Notes: a model not told the origin generated them from the letters alone. Shown: positions 1 through 10,570, counted from the first letter of the stretch. The stretch: 64,000 nucleotides of DNA from Treponemataceae bacterium (GCA_963678065.2 CAXXVZ010000003.1:1024001-1088000), one strand, 5' to 3'. Translations and numbers: made by a program.

Positions 1-1
1 C

Positions 2-673
2 GGCAGAGGCGAGAAGATCGCCGTCATAGGCCCCGTCGGCTGCGGTAAATCGACACTGATGAAGATCCTCTGCGGGGTCCTCTACCGCGATTCCGGCGAA
101 CTCCGCTTAGGCGCCGTCGGAATGCCGCGGGCGATTCCCGAAGAAGCCGCGGCCGACATGGGCTACGTGCCGCAGGAGCCCCTGCTCTTCTCGGGAACAG
201 TCAGGGAGAACATGGCCTTCGGCAGTCCGGGCGCGGGACTCTCCATCGCGGAAGAAAAGCTCTGGGCCGTCCTCGGGATAGCCCAGATCGACGCGGAGGT
301 GAGGCTCATGCCCGCGGGCGCGGATTCGGTGCTCGGGCAGAGGGGATCAAATGTCTCAGGGGGACAGAAGCAGAGGCTCGCGATAGCGCGCGCCCTCGCG
401 CGGGAGCCGAAGATCCTCCTTTTGGACGACATCACGGCGAGCCTCGATGCGGGCAACGAGGAGCGGCTCATGGCCGCCCTCTCGGCCTGGTCGCGCGACC
501 TCACCTGCTTCATCGTGTCGCACCGGCTCTCCACTCTGCAACACGTGGACAGGATCATGTTCATGGATTCCGGCAGAATCGTCGGCTTCGGACGACACGA
601 GGAACTCATGTCCTCGACCCCAGCCTACGCCGCCTTCATCGCGGAGCACGTGGGTGCGGCACAGGGGAGTTGA
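2..673 (+). CDS. ABC transporter ATP-binding protein (exporter type), 5'-truncated by window edge
   Basis: Walker A GPVGCGKS in frame from nt 2, signature VSGGQKQR, Walker B ILLLDD, H-loop SHRLST. Confidence 0.9.
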   Translation, partial: GRGEKIAVIGPVGCGKSTLMKILCGVLYRDSGELRLGAVGMPRAIPEEAAADMGYVPQEPLLFSGTVRENMAFGSPGAGLSIAEEKLWAVLGIAQIDAEVRLMPAGADSVLGQRGSNVSGGQKQRLAIARALAREPKILLLDDITASLDAGNEERLMAALSAWSRDLTCFIVSHRLSTLQHVDRIMFMDSGRIVGFGRHEELMSSTPAYAAFIAEHVGAAQGS

Positions 674-714
674 TTGCGTGTAGGTATTCCCCTTGAGAGA
701 AATGCAAGTCGACA

Positions 715-1527
715 TCAGCCCAGGGCTACATCCAAGAACATCATGAGGGCAAATCCGGCCATGGCTCCCATCGTCGAAATATCCGAGTTGCCCGAGGACT
801 GGGATTCGGGGATCACTTCCTCCACTACGACATAAATCATGGCGCCCGCGGCAAAGGCGAGGGCGTAGGGCAGGATGGGCTGCATCGCGATGACAAGGAT
901 GGCTCCCAGGACGCCCGCCACGGGCTCGACGAGACCCGAGGCCTGGCCGTAAAGAAAGCTCTTCGTGCGGGAAAGTCCTTCCCTCCGCAGAGGGATGGAA
1001 ACCGCGGCGCCCTCGGGAAAATTCTGCAGACCTATTCCGAGGGCCAGGGCGACGGCTCCCGCGAAAGTGGCCGACTCGAGTCCGGCTCCCAGTGCCCCGA
1101 ATCCGACGCCGACAGCGAGGCCCTCGGGAATGTTGTGCAAGGTGATCGCGAGCACGAGGAGGACGCTCCTCTTGAGCGAAGTCTTGGGTCCCTCCGCCTT
1201 GTCGATATCGAGGCCGATGTGGAGGTGGGGAAGAACCTTGTCAACAACCTTGAGGAATACTCCACCCGCGAGGAATCCGACGAGGGCCGGCAGCCAGGAG
1301 GGGAGGCCCATCGATTCGGCCATCTCGATGCTGGGAGCGAGCAGAGACCAGAAGCTGGCCGCGATCATGACTCCTCCCGCGAAACCGAGCATGCCATCCA
1401 GGACTTTGCGGTTGATGCTCTTGAAGAAGAAGACCATGGCTGCGCCAAGGGCCGTGATGCCCCAGGTGAAGAGGGTGGCGATAAAAGCCTGGCCGACAGG
1501 GGATATCCTCAGCATAAAGTCGAACAT
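715..1527 (-). CDS. ZIP family (GufA/ZupT-like) divalent metal transporter
   Basis: Multi-TM protein with [14 protein letters not shown] and QNFPEG motifs and a PHLH loop. Confidence 0.9.
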   Translation of the reverse strand: MFDFMLRISPVGQAFIATLFTWGITALGAAMVFFFKSINRKVLDGMLGFAGGVMIAASFWSLLAPSIEMAESMGLPSWLPALVGFLAGGVFLKVVDKVLPHLHIGLDIDKAEGPKTSLKRSVLLVLAITLHNIPEGLAVGVGFGALGAGLESATFAGAVALALGIGLQNFPEGAAVSIPLRREGLSRTKSFLYGQASGLVEPVAGVLGAILVIAMQPILPYALAFAAGAMIYVVVEEVIPESQSSGNSDISTMGAMAGFALMMFLDVALG

Positions 1528-1681
1528 ACGGGGAATTTAATGCTTTCAAAAGCCCCATTCAAGCTTCTTTCGTCGAGAAGAATCGCAGGATGGGGCGATA
1601 CCGGCCGGATGCCTTGAGCGAGCCTTGAGAATCGCGGCGAACTTTGACACAATGACGGGACAGAACTGCAAGGAGTCGGCC

Positions 1682-3142
1682 GTGCCACATTCCGCGACGG
1701 ATTTTACCAGCCTGGGAGGCGTGAAGGTCACCATAATGGGACTCGGACTCCACGGGGGAGGCCTCGAGAGCGCCAGGTTCTTCGCCCGCAGAGGCGCATC
1801 GGTGACGGTCACCGACATGAGAGACGAGAAGACGCTCGCACCCTCCATCGAGGCCCTCGCCGGGCTCCCTGTCCGCTACGTCCTCGGCCGCCACGAGATG
1901 GTCGATTTCTCGGGCGCCGACATAGTCGTCAAGAATCCGGCGGTCAAGTCCGATTCCCCCTATCTCTCTGCCGCGCACAGGGTCGAGACGGATATCTCTG
2001 TCTTCCTCGCCATTTCGAACTCCCCCCTTGTGGCCGTAACCGGATCGAAGGGCAAGTCCTCCACGGCCAGCGCAATCTACCACGGATTCGGCGCGGCGGG
2101 GATTTCCGCCTTCCTCGGGGGGAACATCACCGTCTCCCCTCTCACCTTCGTCGAGGAGACCAGCACCGACAGGCCTGTCGTTCTGGAGCTCTCCTCATGG
2201 CAGCTGGCCGACATACGGGGGCTCGGAGTCCTGAAACCGAAGGTGGCCCTGCTCACCTCCATAATGCCCGACCACATGAACCGCTACTCATCGATGGATG
2301 AATACGTCGCCGACAAGAGGCTCATCTACGCCGACCAGGACTGCAGCACGTTCACGGTCTGCAACCGCGACCAGGACTGGGGCCGCTCCTTCGCGTCGGA
2401 AACCCGCGGAAAGGTCCTCTGGTACTCGGAAACGGAGACGGGGCTTCCGGGAGCCTGGCTGGAACCGGCAGAGGGCGCTCCCGCGAGAGGCAGGCGAGGT
2501 TATTTCGCCTTTCCCGAAGACAGGGCCGGAGCCCCGGCAAATCCCGAGGAGATTCTCCCCTCGGAGCTCCTCGTGCAGGGCATCCACCAGAGGAAAAACC
2601 TGCTGGCCGCGGCCTGTGCGCTTCGCGCCATGGGCGTCGATCCGGAGGCCATACGCGGCGGCATGGCCTCCTTCCCCGGTGTGGAGCACCGCATGGAGTT
2701 TTTCGCCGAATCGGCGGGCGTGCGCTGGTACAACGATTCGGCCGCCACGATCCCTCAGGCAGTCGCGGCCGCCCTCCTGAGTTTCGACGAGCCGCCCGTC
2801 CTCATAACCGGCGGAACCGACAAGAACCTCGATTTCGAGCCGGTCCGGAAAGAGTACACCAGGGCGAAATCCATCATCCTCCTCGCGGGAACGGGAACGG
2901 AGAAGCTCCGGACCCTTCTCGACGAAGACGGCCTTCGCTATCGCGGTCCCTTCGCGGATCTCGATGCCGCCGTCGAGTCCGCCGCCAACGATGCCCGGCC
3001 CGGCGATTCCGTCATCCTCTCGCCCGGCTGCACGTCTTTCGGGATGTTCCTCCACGAGTTCGACAGGGGGCGGAAATTCAAGGAATCGGCCCTGCGCGCG
3101 ATGCGAATGCGCGAAAGCGCAAATCAGAAAATGCCGATATGA
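1682..3142 (+). CDS. murD: UDP-N-acetylmuramoyl-L-alanine--D-glutamate ligase
   Basis: GLGLHG N-terminus, VTGSKGKSST, ELSSWQL, DHMNRY, HRME..YNDS, LSPGCTSF; GTG 1682 chosen from AGGAG at 1671. Confidence 0.93.
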   Translation: MPHSATDFTSLGGVKVTIMGLGLHGGGLESARFFARRGASVTVTDMRDEKTLAPSIEALAGLPVRYVLGRHEMVDFSGADIVVKNPAVKSDSPYLSAAHRVETDISVFLAISNSPLVAVTGSKGKSSTASAIYHGFGAAGISAFLGGNITVSPLTFVEETSTDRPVVLELSSWQLADIRGLGVLKPKVALLTSIMPDHMNRYSSMDEYVADKRLIYADQDCSTFTVCNRDQDWGRSFASETRGKVLWYSETETGLPGAWLEPAEGAPARGRRGYFAFPEDRAGAPANPEEILPSELLVQGIHQRKNLLAAACALRAMGVDPEAIRGGMASFPGVEHRMEFFAESAGVRWYNDSAATIPQAVAAALLSFDEPPVLITGGTDKNLDFEPVRKEYTRAKSIILLAGTGTEKLRTLLDEDGLRYRGPFADLDAAVESAANDARPGDSVILSPGCTSFGMFLHEFDRGRKFKESALRAMRMRESANQKMPI

Positions 3143-3163
3143 TATAAAGATCAGGAAGGTGCC

Positions 3164-5044
3164 ATGAACAAGACAGTGCGTATCGCGTTGGCTGTGGTTT
3201 CAATTGTGCTGGCGGTGGCGGTGGCCCTGTCGGTCGTGCTCGGGATCGACGCGGCGGGCAAGGCCGGCAGAAATCTCGCCGAGACCGAGTTCGATCGCTT
3301 CACCAATACGCTCCGGGGGGTCAAGTCCCTCGACGAACTCAACGATCCTTTCCTGCGCGAGCGCCTTGTCGCCCTGTACAAAGGCTCGAAGCCCCTTCTC
3401 GCCGCCATGATCACGGACCAGGCCGGCCAGGTCGTGTGGCGGATCCCGGCGGAGACGCCCTATCTCTCCGCGGACAGATCGACCTTCGTCGGCCCGAAAA
3501 CGAGCACGACATCATATTCATCGCAGATCACGGGCAACATCAACCTCGTGGCGCTCTACACCACCCTGCCCCAGACGAAGATATTCTCGATTCTCCGCAG
3601 CGCACTCATCGTGCTCGGCGTGTATGTCCTGGCCGTCATCGTGTTTGTGCTCGTAATGTCGCTGCTGAAGCCTGAAACGAAGACGGTCCCGAGGTCCTAC
3701 GAGCAGCCCATCGTGAGACCAGGACCACCCACGCTCCGCGGAGAGAAGCCCCGCCCCGCCGCTGCGCCGGGTGGCGGTGGCACTGCGCGCGTCCAGACCG
3801 CGGCCACACCGAGGCCCAAGGTGAGCGATCTCGCCTCGTCGAGACTCGTCGCGGATGTGCCCCTGCAGACGAGCCAGTCGAAGGTGGCCGCCCTCGCCGG
3901 ACAGGGGCTGACGGGAAATGAAAGCCCGAAGACTGTCGCCTCTGCCCCCGGAACGCACGACATCGAATTCCCCGAGATGGAGAATTCCGCCGATTCCAAA
4001 TACCGGGCGATCATGTCAGGAACAGCCGCGGCGAGGCCCTCCCCTGACTCCGCGGCGCCGAGAATGGCGGGCCCCAAGCCCGCAGATGTCGGCCACGGCG
4101 CCGCAGGCGGGGAATCATCCGACGAATCTTTCCGGTCCCGCGTCTCGTCGGCGGAGGATACGGCCCGCGCCCTCGCCGAGTTCGAGGCATCGTACAAGGG
4201 GATCGACAGTGGCAGTCAGGCTCAGGCCGAAGCTTCAGCTTCATGGCAGGTCGAGGCTCCCCCCCGCACGGAGCCGAGAGCCGGCCCGTCTCCCTCAGCC
4301 TCCCCGCAGGCCGCTTCGGTTCCCGGAGCCGCCGGCAGGGCTGCGCCTGTCCCGACAACTTCAGGAATCCAGACTCCGGGCCAGAACTCCCAGTCGCAGT
4401 TCCGCGCCTTCCAGGGATGGGAAACCACAACGCAGCCAGCGCAGGGGGCAGGCAGCTTCCACGAGACGGCGATTCCCTCCGGCAGCGCGGGAAGCGGAGA
4501 GAGTATCCCCTCCGAATACACGCTTGGTCTGTATTCGCCGATTTCCGGTCTCGGCTGGGAGAGGAATCTGCCCGAGAAACTCGAAACGGAAATCGCCCGC
4601 TCACAGGCGGAGGGCGGGGACGTCTCCCTCCTCATGGTGTCGTTTGACGGCCTCACTTCGCGTGACCCGATGTACCCCGCCTTCACGGCATCGATAAAGG
4701 ACTATTTCAGCATCCGCGACCTTGCCTTCGAGTGCGGTCCCGGAGGTTTCGCACTCATTCTGCCCAATATCGACGTCAAGCGCGCGGTGCGCCTCACCGA
4801 AGATCTGCTCAAAAGCCTGAAATCCATGATCAGCCTTTACAGGGAGCCCTCTCCCTACCTGCCGCTCTATATGGGAATATCCGCTGTAGCCGGAAGGGCC
4901 GTGCCCGCCGGCAGGGTGATCAAGGAAGCGACCGCGGCCCTGCAGAAAGCGAGGACGGACCAGGATTCCCACATCGTCGCCTTCAATCCCGATCCTGCCC
5001 GGTACAAGAGGCGGACGGAAGGTTATGGAGCGGCGAATGCCTGA
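3164..5044 (+). CDS. Membrane protein: 2 TM helices, long Pro/Ala/Ser-rich linker, degenerate GGDEF-like C-terminal domain
   Basis: Hydrophobic segments at about aa 6-27 and 148-169; C-terminus LYSPISGLGW...VSLLMVSFD...FECGPGGFALILP...YMGIS follows the GGDEF pattern without the active-site motif. Confidence 0.65.
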   Translation: MNKTVRIALAVVSIVLAVAVALSVVLGIDAAGKAGRNLAETEFDRFTNTLRGVKSLDELNDPFLRERLVALYKGSKPLLAAMITDQAGQVVWRIPAETPYLSADRSTFVGPKTSTTSYSSQITGNINLVALYTTLPQTKIFSILRSALIVLGVYVLAVIVFVLVMSLLKPETKTVPRSYEQPIVRPGPPTLRGEKPRPAAAPGGGGTARVQTAATPRPKVSDLASSRLVADVPLQTSQSKVAALAGQGLTGNESPKTVASAPGTHDIEFPEMENSADSKYRAIMSGTAAARPSPDSAAPRMAGPKPADVGHGAAGGESSDESFRSRVSSAEDTARALAEFEASYKGIDSGSQAQAEASASWQVEAPPRTEPRAGPSPSASPQAASVPGAAGRAAPVPTTSGIQTPGQNSQSQFRAFQGWETTTQPAQGAGSFHETAIPSGSAGSGESIPSEYTLGLYSPISGLGWERNLPEKLETEIARSQAEGGDVSLLMVSFDGLTSRDPMYPAFTASIKDYFSIRDLAFECGPGGFALILPNIDVKRAVRLTEDLLKSLKSMISLYREPSPYLPLYMGISAVAGRAVPAGRVIKEATAALQKARTDQDSHIVAFNPDPARYKRRTEGYGAANA

Positions 5045-5077
5045 TCCTGAGCGTTAGCGCCATTTTCCGGCAAACGG

Positions 5078-5109
5078 ACCGCCCCTGCGTCATAGCGGGG
5101 CGGTTTTTT
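5078..5109 (+). terminator. Intrinsic terminator
   Basis: ACCGCCCCTGC-GTCATA-GCGGGGCGGT stem followed by a T run, between convergent genes. Confidence 0.7.
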
Positions 5110-5121
5110 ATGGAGTGGGGA

Positions 5122-6120
5122 TCAGGGAAGGATACCGGCGAGCGATTCGCGGGAAAGAAGATAGACCCATTTTCTGCCAGAAACCGCGGCCTCCAGCGGT
5201 GTAGAGCCTGAGCTTTCCGTCAGATCAACAGAGATGGTCGCCCCATCGCCGGAGCGCAGGATCAATCTGCCCGCCGGCTTCGCCTGCCCGCCTTGCGGCG
5301 GATGGGCTCCGTCGACCCCCACTCCGGCAAAACCCAAGGCTTCGAGCGAAAGGACGGACTTCACGATCCGGGCCGCAGCGGCCCTGCGGGTCTCTTTGCC
5401 CATGAGGGGTGGAAGGGCGCCGCCCGCGGTCTCCCGGAATTTCCATTCCGCGCCGTTGCGGGCAATCGAGTAGGAGGAAGCGCCATTTCCGCCTGGAATC
5501 ACGTCGAGGGATTGCAGGTCCGCGCCCGCGTGCGCCGCATCGAAGAGCATCAGGTCCAACCAGTCTTCCGCCTTCCTGCCGAGCCGGCGGAAGATGCCTG
5601 AATCGCCTCTCCAGGAGCTTGTCTCCCCAGCCCTGCGGAGATAGACCCGGTCTCCCGAGGAATCGGTGAAACCGAAGCAAAGGTCGACGAGGATTGTCCC
5701 GGCCGATCCTGCGGAGACTGGCTGGGCGCCGGGCGGACCCTTCACGGTCAGCTTCCAGGCATTGTCCTTGTCGAGGCCGAGTGCCCCCCAGGATTCCTTG
5801 CCGGAAGCCACTTTTTCAAGCCGGCGCGGGGCAGATAACTCCGCGAGGAGAGATTCGACCCTGCCACTCTGGGCCGGGAACTCTCTCCCCCAGGCAAAGA
5901 GGAACCAGCGTCCCTCCCTCCGGAGGAGCTCGGCCTCGTAGTCGTTCGTCGCGATCGATACGGAAGAGACCTGCGCCACCCTGTCCTTCCGGAGGAACTG
6001 AACCCGGAGGAAGGCTGAGGCTCCCGCTCCGGCTTCGGGGATGAGGAGGCCCGCGATGAAGAGAGCAGAGAGGGCGAGGATTATCCCCGCGAGTACGATG
6101 GTTTTTTTGTCTTTTTTCAC
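5122..6120 (-). CDS. DUF4340-like exported/anchored protein of a Gld-type ABC module
   Basis: N-terminal TM, WGALGL and DRVYLRR..W motifs, last gene after gldA/F/G-like genes with 4-bp overlaps. Confidence 0.6.
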   Translation of the reverse strand: MKKDKKTIVLAGIILALSALFIAGLLIPEAGAGASAFLRVQFLRKDRVAQVSSVSIATNDYEAELLRREGRWFLFAWGREFPAQSGRVESLLAELSAPRRLEKVASGKESWGALGLDKDNAWKLTVKGPPGAQPVSAGSAGTILVDLCFGFTDSSGDRVYLRRAGETSSWRGDSGIFRRLGRKAEDWLDLMLFDAAHAGADLQSLDVIPGGNGASSYSIARNGAEWKFRETAGGALPPLMGKETRRAAAARIVKSVLSLEALGFAGVGVDGAHPPQGGQAKPAGRLILRSGDGATISVDLTESSGSTPLEAAVSGRKWVYLLSRESLAGILP

Positions 6121-7733
6121 GGTGCCGGAACCGCCGGCCGGGACGTCTTCCCCGCTCTTTCGGGTTTCTTCCGCATCCTTTTCCGTCCCGCCACATGGAT
6201 CATGCCGGCGATCACGATCCCCGCGGGTATGAAGAAGAGATTGATGAAATAGTTGGCGGAAATGAGCCGCCCGGCGCTTTCGGCGCTCTCCGCCCTGGAA
6301 AAACGCCTGTCCCGGACTTTCCGCGGCTTCAAGACTTCTGCGGAGCTTTTGCCGGAGCCTTCGTTCCCGGTCGCTGCAAAGAGCGTGCCGGGGACGAGGA
6401 GGTCGATGGCGCCAAGGACAAAGTCCGTGTTGAATGCGGAGCCCGTCATGGCCGAGAGATCGCTCGCGAAATCGGAGGACCCGACGACGATGAGGCGCGA
6501 AGGACCTGCGGCCCCGGGGATCCTCACCTGCGTGCTGGCGGCGAGCGTGTACTGCCCCACCGTGGCCTCCAGCTCGGCCTCGTAGCTGGACTCGGGGCCG
6601 GGGGCGACGACAAAATCCTTCGTCTGCAGCCAGGCTTTTTTCCCCGTCATGATAAGGGGGCGGAAATCCGTGCCCGGAACGCCGGATGACTCGAGGGGAC
6701 TGGGCCAGAAAAGGTCGAGCCCGCCGCTTTCCGGAACTAAACCTCCCGAGCGGTCGAGGTTCTCCGGACGGACCATAATCCAGTGCGGGTAGAGGAAATA
6801 GTCGACCTTCTCGTTTCCCGAGGCCCCGGCGCCCTGGAAGGGCACAGTGAGGGCGGAGCGGTCGAGCACGAGGCTTTTCCCGACCGCCACTCCGCAGGAG
6901 TACAGAAGATCGAGGATGGCTGTGTTTCCGAGGCGGACAGCGCGGACCTCGTCGCCCGCCTTGATATCCACACCTTTCACCGCGAAGAACGCGTTCCGGC
7001 CGGAAGAGAGCCAGTCCCGGACAGGCGCGGCTGCTGCCCCGCCCAGATCGGCGTTGCCGAGGACGAGGAGAAGGCTCGCGGACTCAGGAACCTTATCGCC
7101 CGGAGAGAGTTCGGCGATCTTCCAGAGATTGTTCTCCAGGGCCTTCCGGAGAAGCGAAAAATCATTGTCGAGCGACTTGCCCGCGTCGCCGACGAGGACG
7201 GCGAGAAGCGGATCGCTGCCCGCGATGAGAGCCTTCACCGTCCTCGCGATCATGTTTTCCAGATCGCCTGAGTCGACGATGAAAGGTATGACCCTGCTCC
7301 GGTCCAGGTATTCGATGAGGATGCCGGAATAGACCACGGCCTGCCGGCTCTGGTTCTTCTCGATGATGTTGATCTTGCCCGTGCCCATGCCGGCTTTCTC
7401 CGCCTCTCCGGGCCTCTGTGCGGGATCGACGACGTCGAGGCTTATCCTTCCCCCCGAAATGGCGGCGAGGTTCCTGAGATAATCTTCCACGAGACCGGGT
7501 CCGGGACTGCGCTGCGCGAGAATAGGCGAAACGTAATAGCTGATCCTGAGCTTCTCGGGGATCTCCCTGACGAGGGCGCGCGAGACCGGTCCGAGGGAAT
7601 TGGTCCTGTCGGAGCTGAGGTCAAGGCGCAGATGGAAACGGAGGGAGAGTCCGCAGACGAGGGCGACTGCCACGACGACGAGGACCGCCGCGAGTGCCCC
7701 CGGATCGGAGTGTCGCGTGCGCGTCGCGCTCAT
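6117..7733 (-). CDS. GldG-family ABC-associated protein
   Basis: RLDLSSDRTNSL, VYSGILIEY, YPHW, RLIVVGSSDF motifs, N- and C-terminal TM; ATG 7733 overlaps the upstream stop. Confidence 0.8.
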   Translation of the reverse strand: MSATRTRHSDPGALAAVLVVVAVALVCGLSLRFHLRLDLSSDRTNSLGPVSRALVREIPEKLRISYYVSPILAQRSPGPGLVEDYLRNLAAISGGRISLDVVDPAQRPGEAEKAGMGTGKINIIEKNQSRQAVVYSGILIEYLDRSRVIPFIVDSGDLENMIARTVKALIAGSDPLLAVLVGDAGKSLDNDFSLLRKALENNLWKIAELSPGDKVPESASLLLVLGNADLGGAAAAPVRDWLSSGRNAFFAVKGVDIKAGDEVRAVRLGNTAILDLLYSCGVAVGKSLVLDRSALTVPFQGAGASGNEKVDYFLYPHWIMVRPENLDRSGGLVPESGGLDLFWPSPLESSGVPGTDFRPLIMTGKKAWLQTKDFVVAPGPESSYEAELEATVGQYTLAASTQVRIPGAAGPSRLIVVGSSDFASDLSAMTGSAFNTDFVLGAIDLLVPGTLFAATGNEGSGKSSAEVLKPRKVRDRRFSRAESAESAGRLISANYFINLFFIPAGIVIAGMIHVAGRKRMRKKPERAGKTSRPAVPAP

Positions 7734-8446
7734 CGCTTTCTCCCGATGGCGCGCACGGCCGGGACGAGGAAGATTGTTGTCAGGGCCAGGAAATAGGCGA
7801 TGTCCCTCGTGTCGGCGGCTCCCCCGGAGAAAGACTGGAAATGTCGGGCCATGGAAAGCCAGGCGGCCACTGCTGCGGGAAATCCCCGTGGAAAGGCGTA
7901 GCCCGCAAGTCTCTCGACAAGAAGGAGGCCTGCCAGGACTGAGGCTGAGACCAGAAAGGACTGGACCTGCGAGGAAGTGAAGGAAGAGGCCCACTGGCTC
8001 ACGGCGAGGACGGCCATCGCCATGAGGAAGAGGCCGAGAAAATTGGCGGCGATGATGCCCGGATCGAAGCTTCCGAGCAAACCCGCGGCGAAGGGGACGC
8101 CGAGCATGGGGATGAAGGAGAGCGTCATGATGGACAGGACCCCAAGATATTTTCCCGCCACGAGACAGAGGGGAGTCGCTGGAAGGGTCGCGAGCATTTC
8201 GAAGGTTCCTATCCTCCGCTCCTCTGCCCAGGATCTCATGCCGAGGGCCGACCCGGTGAAGGCGAGGACGAAGGGCATGATCGCGAAGTAGTTGCGCAGG
8301 TCGGCGAGTCCCGACGCGAAAAACTCCTTGACGAAGTACAGCCAGGCGGCCGCGAACAGTGACTGCGCAGCGACAAGCACATACACGGCGGGAGTATCGA
8401 GGGCGGAACGCAGTTCGCGCCGGGCGAGAGTCAGAGTCTGATTCAT
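7730..8446 (-). CDS. ABC-2 type permease (GldF-like)
   Basis: ARRELRS, MRSWAEERRIGTFEML, GKYLG, DTRDIAYF motifs. Confidence 0.85.
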   Translation of the reverse strand: MNQTLTLARRELRSALDTPAVYVLVAAQSLFAAAWLYFVKEFFASGLADLRNYFAIMPFVLAFTGSALGMRSWAEERRIGTFEMLATLPATPLCLVAGKYLGVLSIMTLSFIPMLGVPFAAGLLGSFDPGIIAANFLGLFLMAMAVLAVSQWASSFTSSQVQSFLVSASVLAGLLLVERLAGYAFPRGFPAAVAAWLSMARHFQSFSGGAADTRDIAYFLALTTIFLVPAVRAIGRKR

Positions 8447-9501
8447 TTCTTCTCCTCCCCGCGGGCCAGCTCGGCGAAGACCGCCTCGAGGGAGGGCTCC
8501 GTCAGGCCGAGGCCGAGGATGAGGAAGCCCGCGGCAGAGGCCCAGGAGGCTACACTCTCTGCGGGATCAGGAGCAGGGCGGGAGGCGGGAGAGACTTTCT
8601 CCTCGTCTGGCCTTGCGGCCTGGGCGACTTCGAGCTCGAAGGCAAAAACCCCTCCCTGCTCGGAGGCCGAAATCACGCCGCGGATGCCGGGAAGGGCGGC
8701 CAGTGCAGCGGAGAGCCCCCGAAGTCCCGCCCCGGAAGTCCCGGACACTCCACCAGTCTGTCCGGTATCCCCGTGAACAGGCTTGAGCCTGAGGCGGAGG
8801 ACAGACCCGCCCGAGGCCCGGCTCTGTCCCCGAAGAAGGCCGGCAGCGCCTGAGCGGGACTCTCCGGCAAGCCTGCCTCCGGAAAGCACGAGGATTCCGG
8901 AACAGATCGCGTCGGCCTCTCCGAGGATGTGGGTGGAGAAGAGGACTGTTCTCGTGGCGCCCAGAGCGCGGATGAGTTCCCGAATTCCGGCTGTCTGGAT
9001 GGGGTCGAGGCCGGCTGTCGGTTCATCCAGGATGAGGACAGGCGGATCATGGAGGATGGCCTGGGCGAGTCCCACCCGCTGACGGTAGCCCCGGGAGAGC
9101 GTCCCGAGAAGGCTGTGGCGTGTTTCCGCGATGCCGCAGGATTCAAGGGCGGAATCGATGGCCCGGGCGCGATGCCGTGCGGGGATGCCGCGCATGTCGG
9201 CGACGAAGCGCAGGTATTCGGCGACGCGCATCTCCGGATAGACGGGAAAGGTCTCGGGGAGGTAGCCGATCCGGCGCCTGACCCCGATGGGATCGTCGAA
9301 GATGTCGGCGCCGCAGATGCGGGCAGTTCCCGAATCGGGCAGAAGGTAGCCCGCCAGTATCCTCATGAGCGTCGATTTGCCGGCACCGTTCGGACCGAGG
9401 AGTCCGAGGACGGAGCCGGGCTCGGCCCGGAACGACAAATCGGACACAGCCAGGGTGGGGCCGAAGGATTTCCGGAGAGAATCCGCTTCGATCACGCTCA
9501 C
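8443..9501 (-). CDS. ABC transporter ATP-binding protein (GldA-like)
   Basis: GPNGAGKST, LSRGYRQR, ILDEPTAGLDP; GTG start at 9501 just after the rnz stop. Confidence 0.88.
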   Translation of the reverse strand: MSVIEADSLRKSFGPTLAVSDLSFRAEPGSVLGLLGPNGAGKSTLMRILAGYLLPDSGTARICGADIFDDPIGVRRRIGYLPETFPVYPEMRVAEYLRFVADMRGIPARHRARAIDSALESCGIAETRHSLLGTLSRGYRQRVGLAQAILHDPPVLILDEPTAGLDPIQTAGIRELIRALGATRTVLFSTHILGEADAICSGILVLSGGRLAGESRSGAAGLLRGQSRASGGSVLRLRLKPVHGDTGQTGGVSGTSGAGLRGLSAALAALPGIRGVISASEQGGVFAFELEVAQAARPDEEKVSPASRPAPDPAESVASWASAAGFLILGLGLTEPSLEAVFAELARGEEKK

Positions 9502-9502
9502 C

Positions 9503-10432
9503 TCAATCGATGTACTCGATCGGGAAATCCATGCGGTCGCGCGTGAGTACCGTATCGGGGAAGACGACCCTCGCCTCGTCGAGCAGGAGCTTGAGGTCGC
9601 GCTCGGTGTAGCGCGGACTGTAATGGATGAGACCGAGCTTGCGCACACCGCCCGCATCTTTCGCGATCCGGGCGGCCTGCTCCGCGGTCATGTGTCTTTT
9701 TTCGACGGCGCTCGACAGAAGGGCCGACTCGAACATGCCCTCGCAGATGAGAAGGTCGGATCCGGCCACTTCCCTGGATATCTCCGGGAAATACAGGGAG
9801 TCGGTCACATAGCTGAACTTTCTTCCCGAACGGGTCGCGCCCATCACATCTCCGGGGCTCACGGTCGTCCCCGAGTCGAGTTTGACATCCTGGCCCCCCT
9901 GGAGGACGGACCACAGGGGACCGCGGGGCACGCCGAGCGCCATCGCCTTGTCGGGATGGAAGGCTCCGGGCCTCTCGTCCTCCTCCATAGTGTAGCCATA
10001 GCAGGTTTTCGTGTGCCGGAGGGGGAAGGCGCGGATGCAAAAGCCCTCTCCATGCCAGATCACGCCAGGCTCGGTGATCTCGGTGACTATGATCTCGTAG
10101 TTGATGTACATGTCGAGGGAGCGCCTGCTCTGCTCGATGTAATCGGCGAGCTTGGGCGGCCCGAAGATGTAGAGCGGCTCTTCCCTGTCGACCTGGCTCG
10201 AGAGCATGAGGATGCCCGGCAGACCCGTGACGTGGTCGGCGTGCATGTGGGAGACGAAGATCGCGGTGATCTTTTTCCACCTGAGATTGAGCCGGCGTAT
10301 GGATATCTGCGTGCCTTCGCCGCCGTCGAAGAGGAAAAGTTCTCCCTCCCGGCGGAGAAGGACGCTGGTCAAGTGACGGTGCGGCAGGGGCATCATTCCG
10401 CCGCAGCCGAGCACGAAGGCTTCCAGATTCAT
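9503..10432 (-). CDS. rnz: Ribonuclease Z
   Basis: FDGGEGTQ, HMHADH metallo-beta-lactamase motif, GVPRGPLW exosite, HMT and HYSPRY. Confidence 0.92.
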   Translation of the reverse strand: MNLEAFVLGCGGMMPLPHRHLTSVLLRREGELFLFDGGEGTQISIRRLNLRWKKITAIFVSHMHADHVTGLPGILMLSSQVDREEPLYIFGPPKLADYIEQSRRSLDMYINYEIIVTEITEPGVIWHGEGFCIRAFPLRHTKTCYGYTMEEDERPGAFHPDKAMALGVPRGPLWSVLQGGQDVKLDSGTTVSPGDVMGATRSGRKFSYVTDSLYFPEISREVAGSDLLICEGMFESALLSSAVEKRHMTAEQAARIAKDAGGVRKLGLIHYSPRYTERDLKLLLDEARVVFPDTVLTRDRMDFPIEYID

Positions 10433-10570
10433 GTGGGGCGACTATATACGAAACTCGGACCGGCATCAACCTGCCCTGCGCGTCCCGGTGGACGACTTGC
10501 CGGGTCCGGCGCGGCGGTCAGACGCAAAAAGGTCTTGTACCTCAAGGCTTTGCCATGCGACTATCAGTCC

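Noticed and set aside
9365..10570. Apparent N-terminal extension of the DEAD helicase (894-aa ORF)
   Set aside because: Antisense to rnz; the real start is ATG 10571 at the Q-motif region
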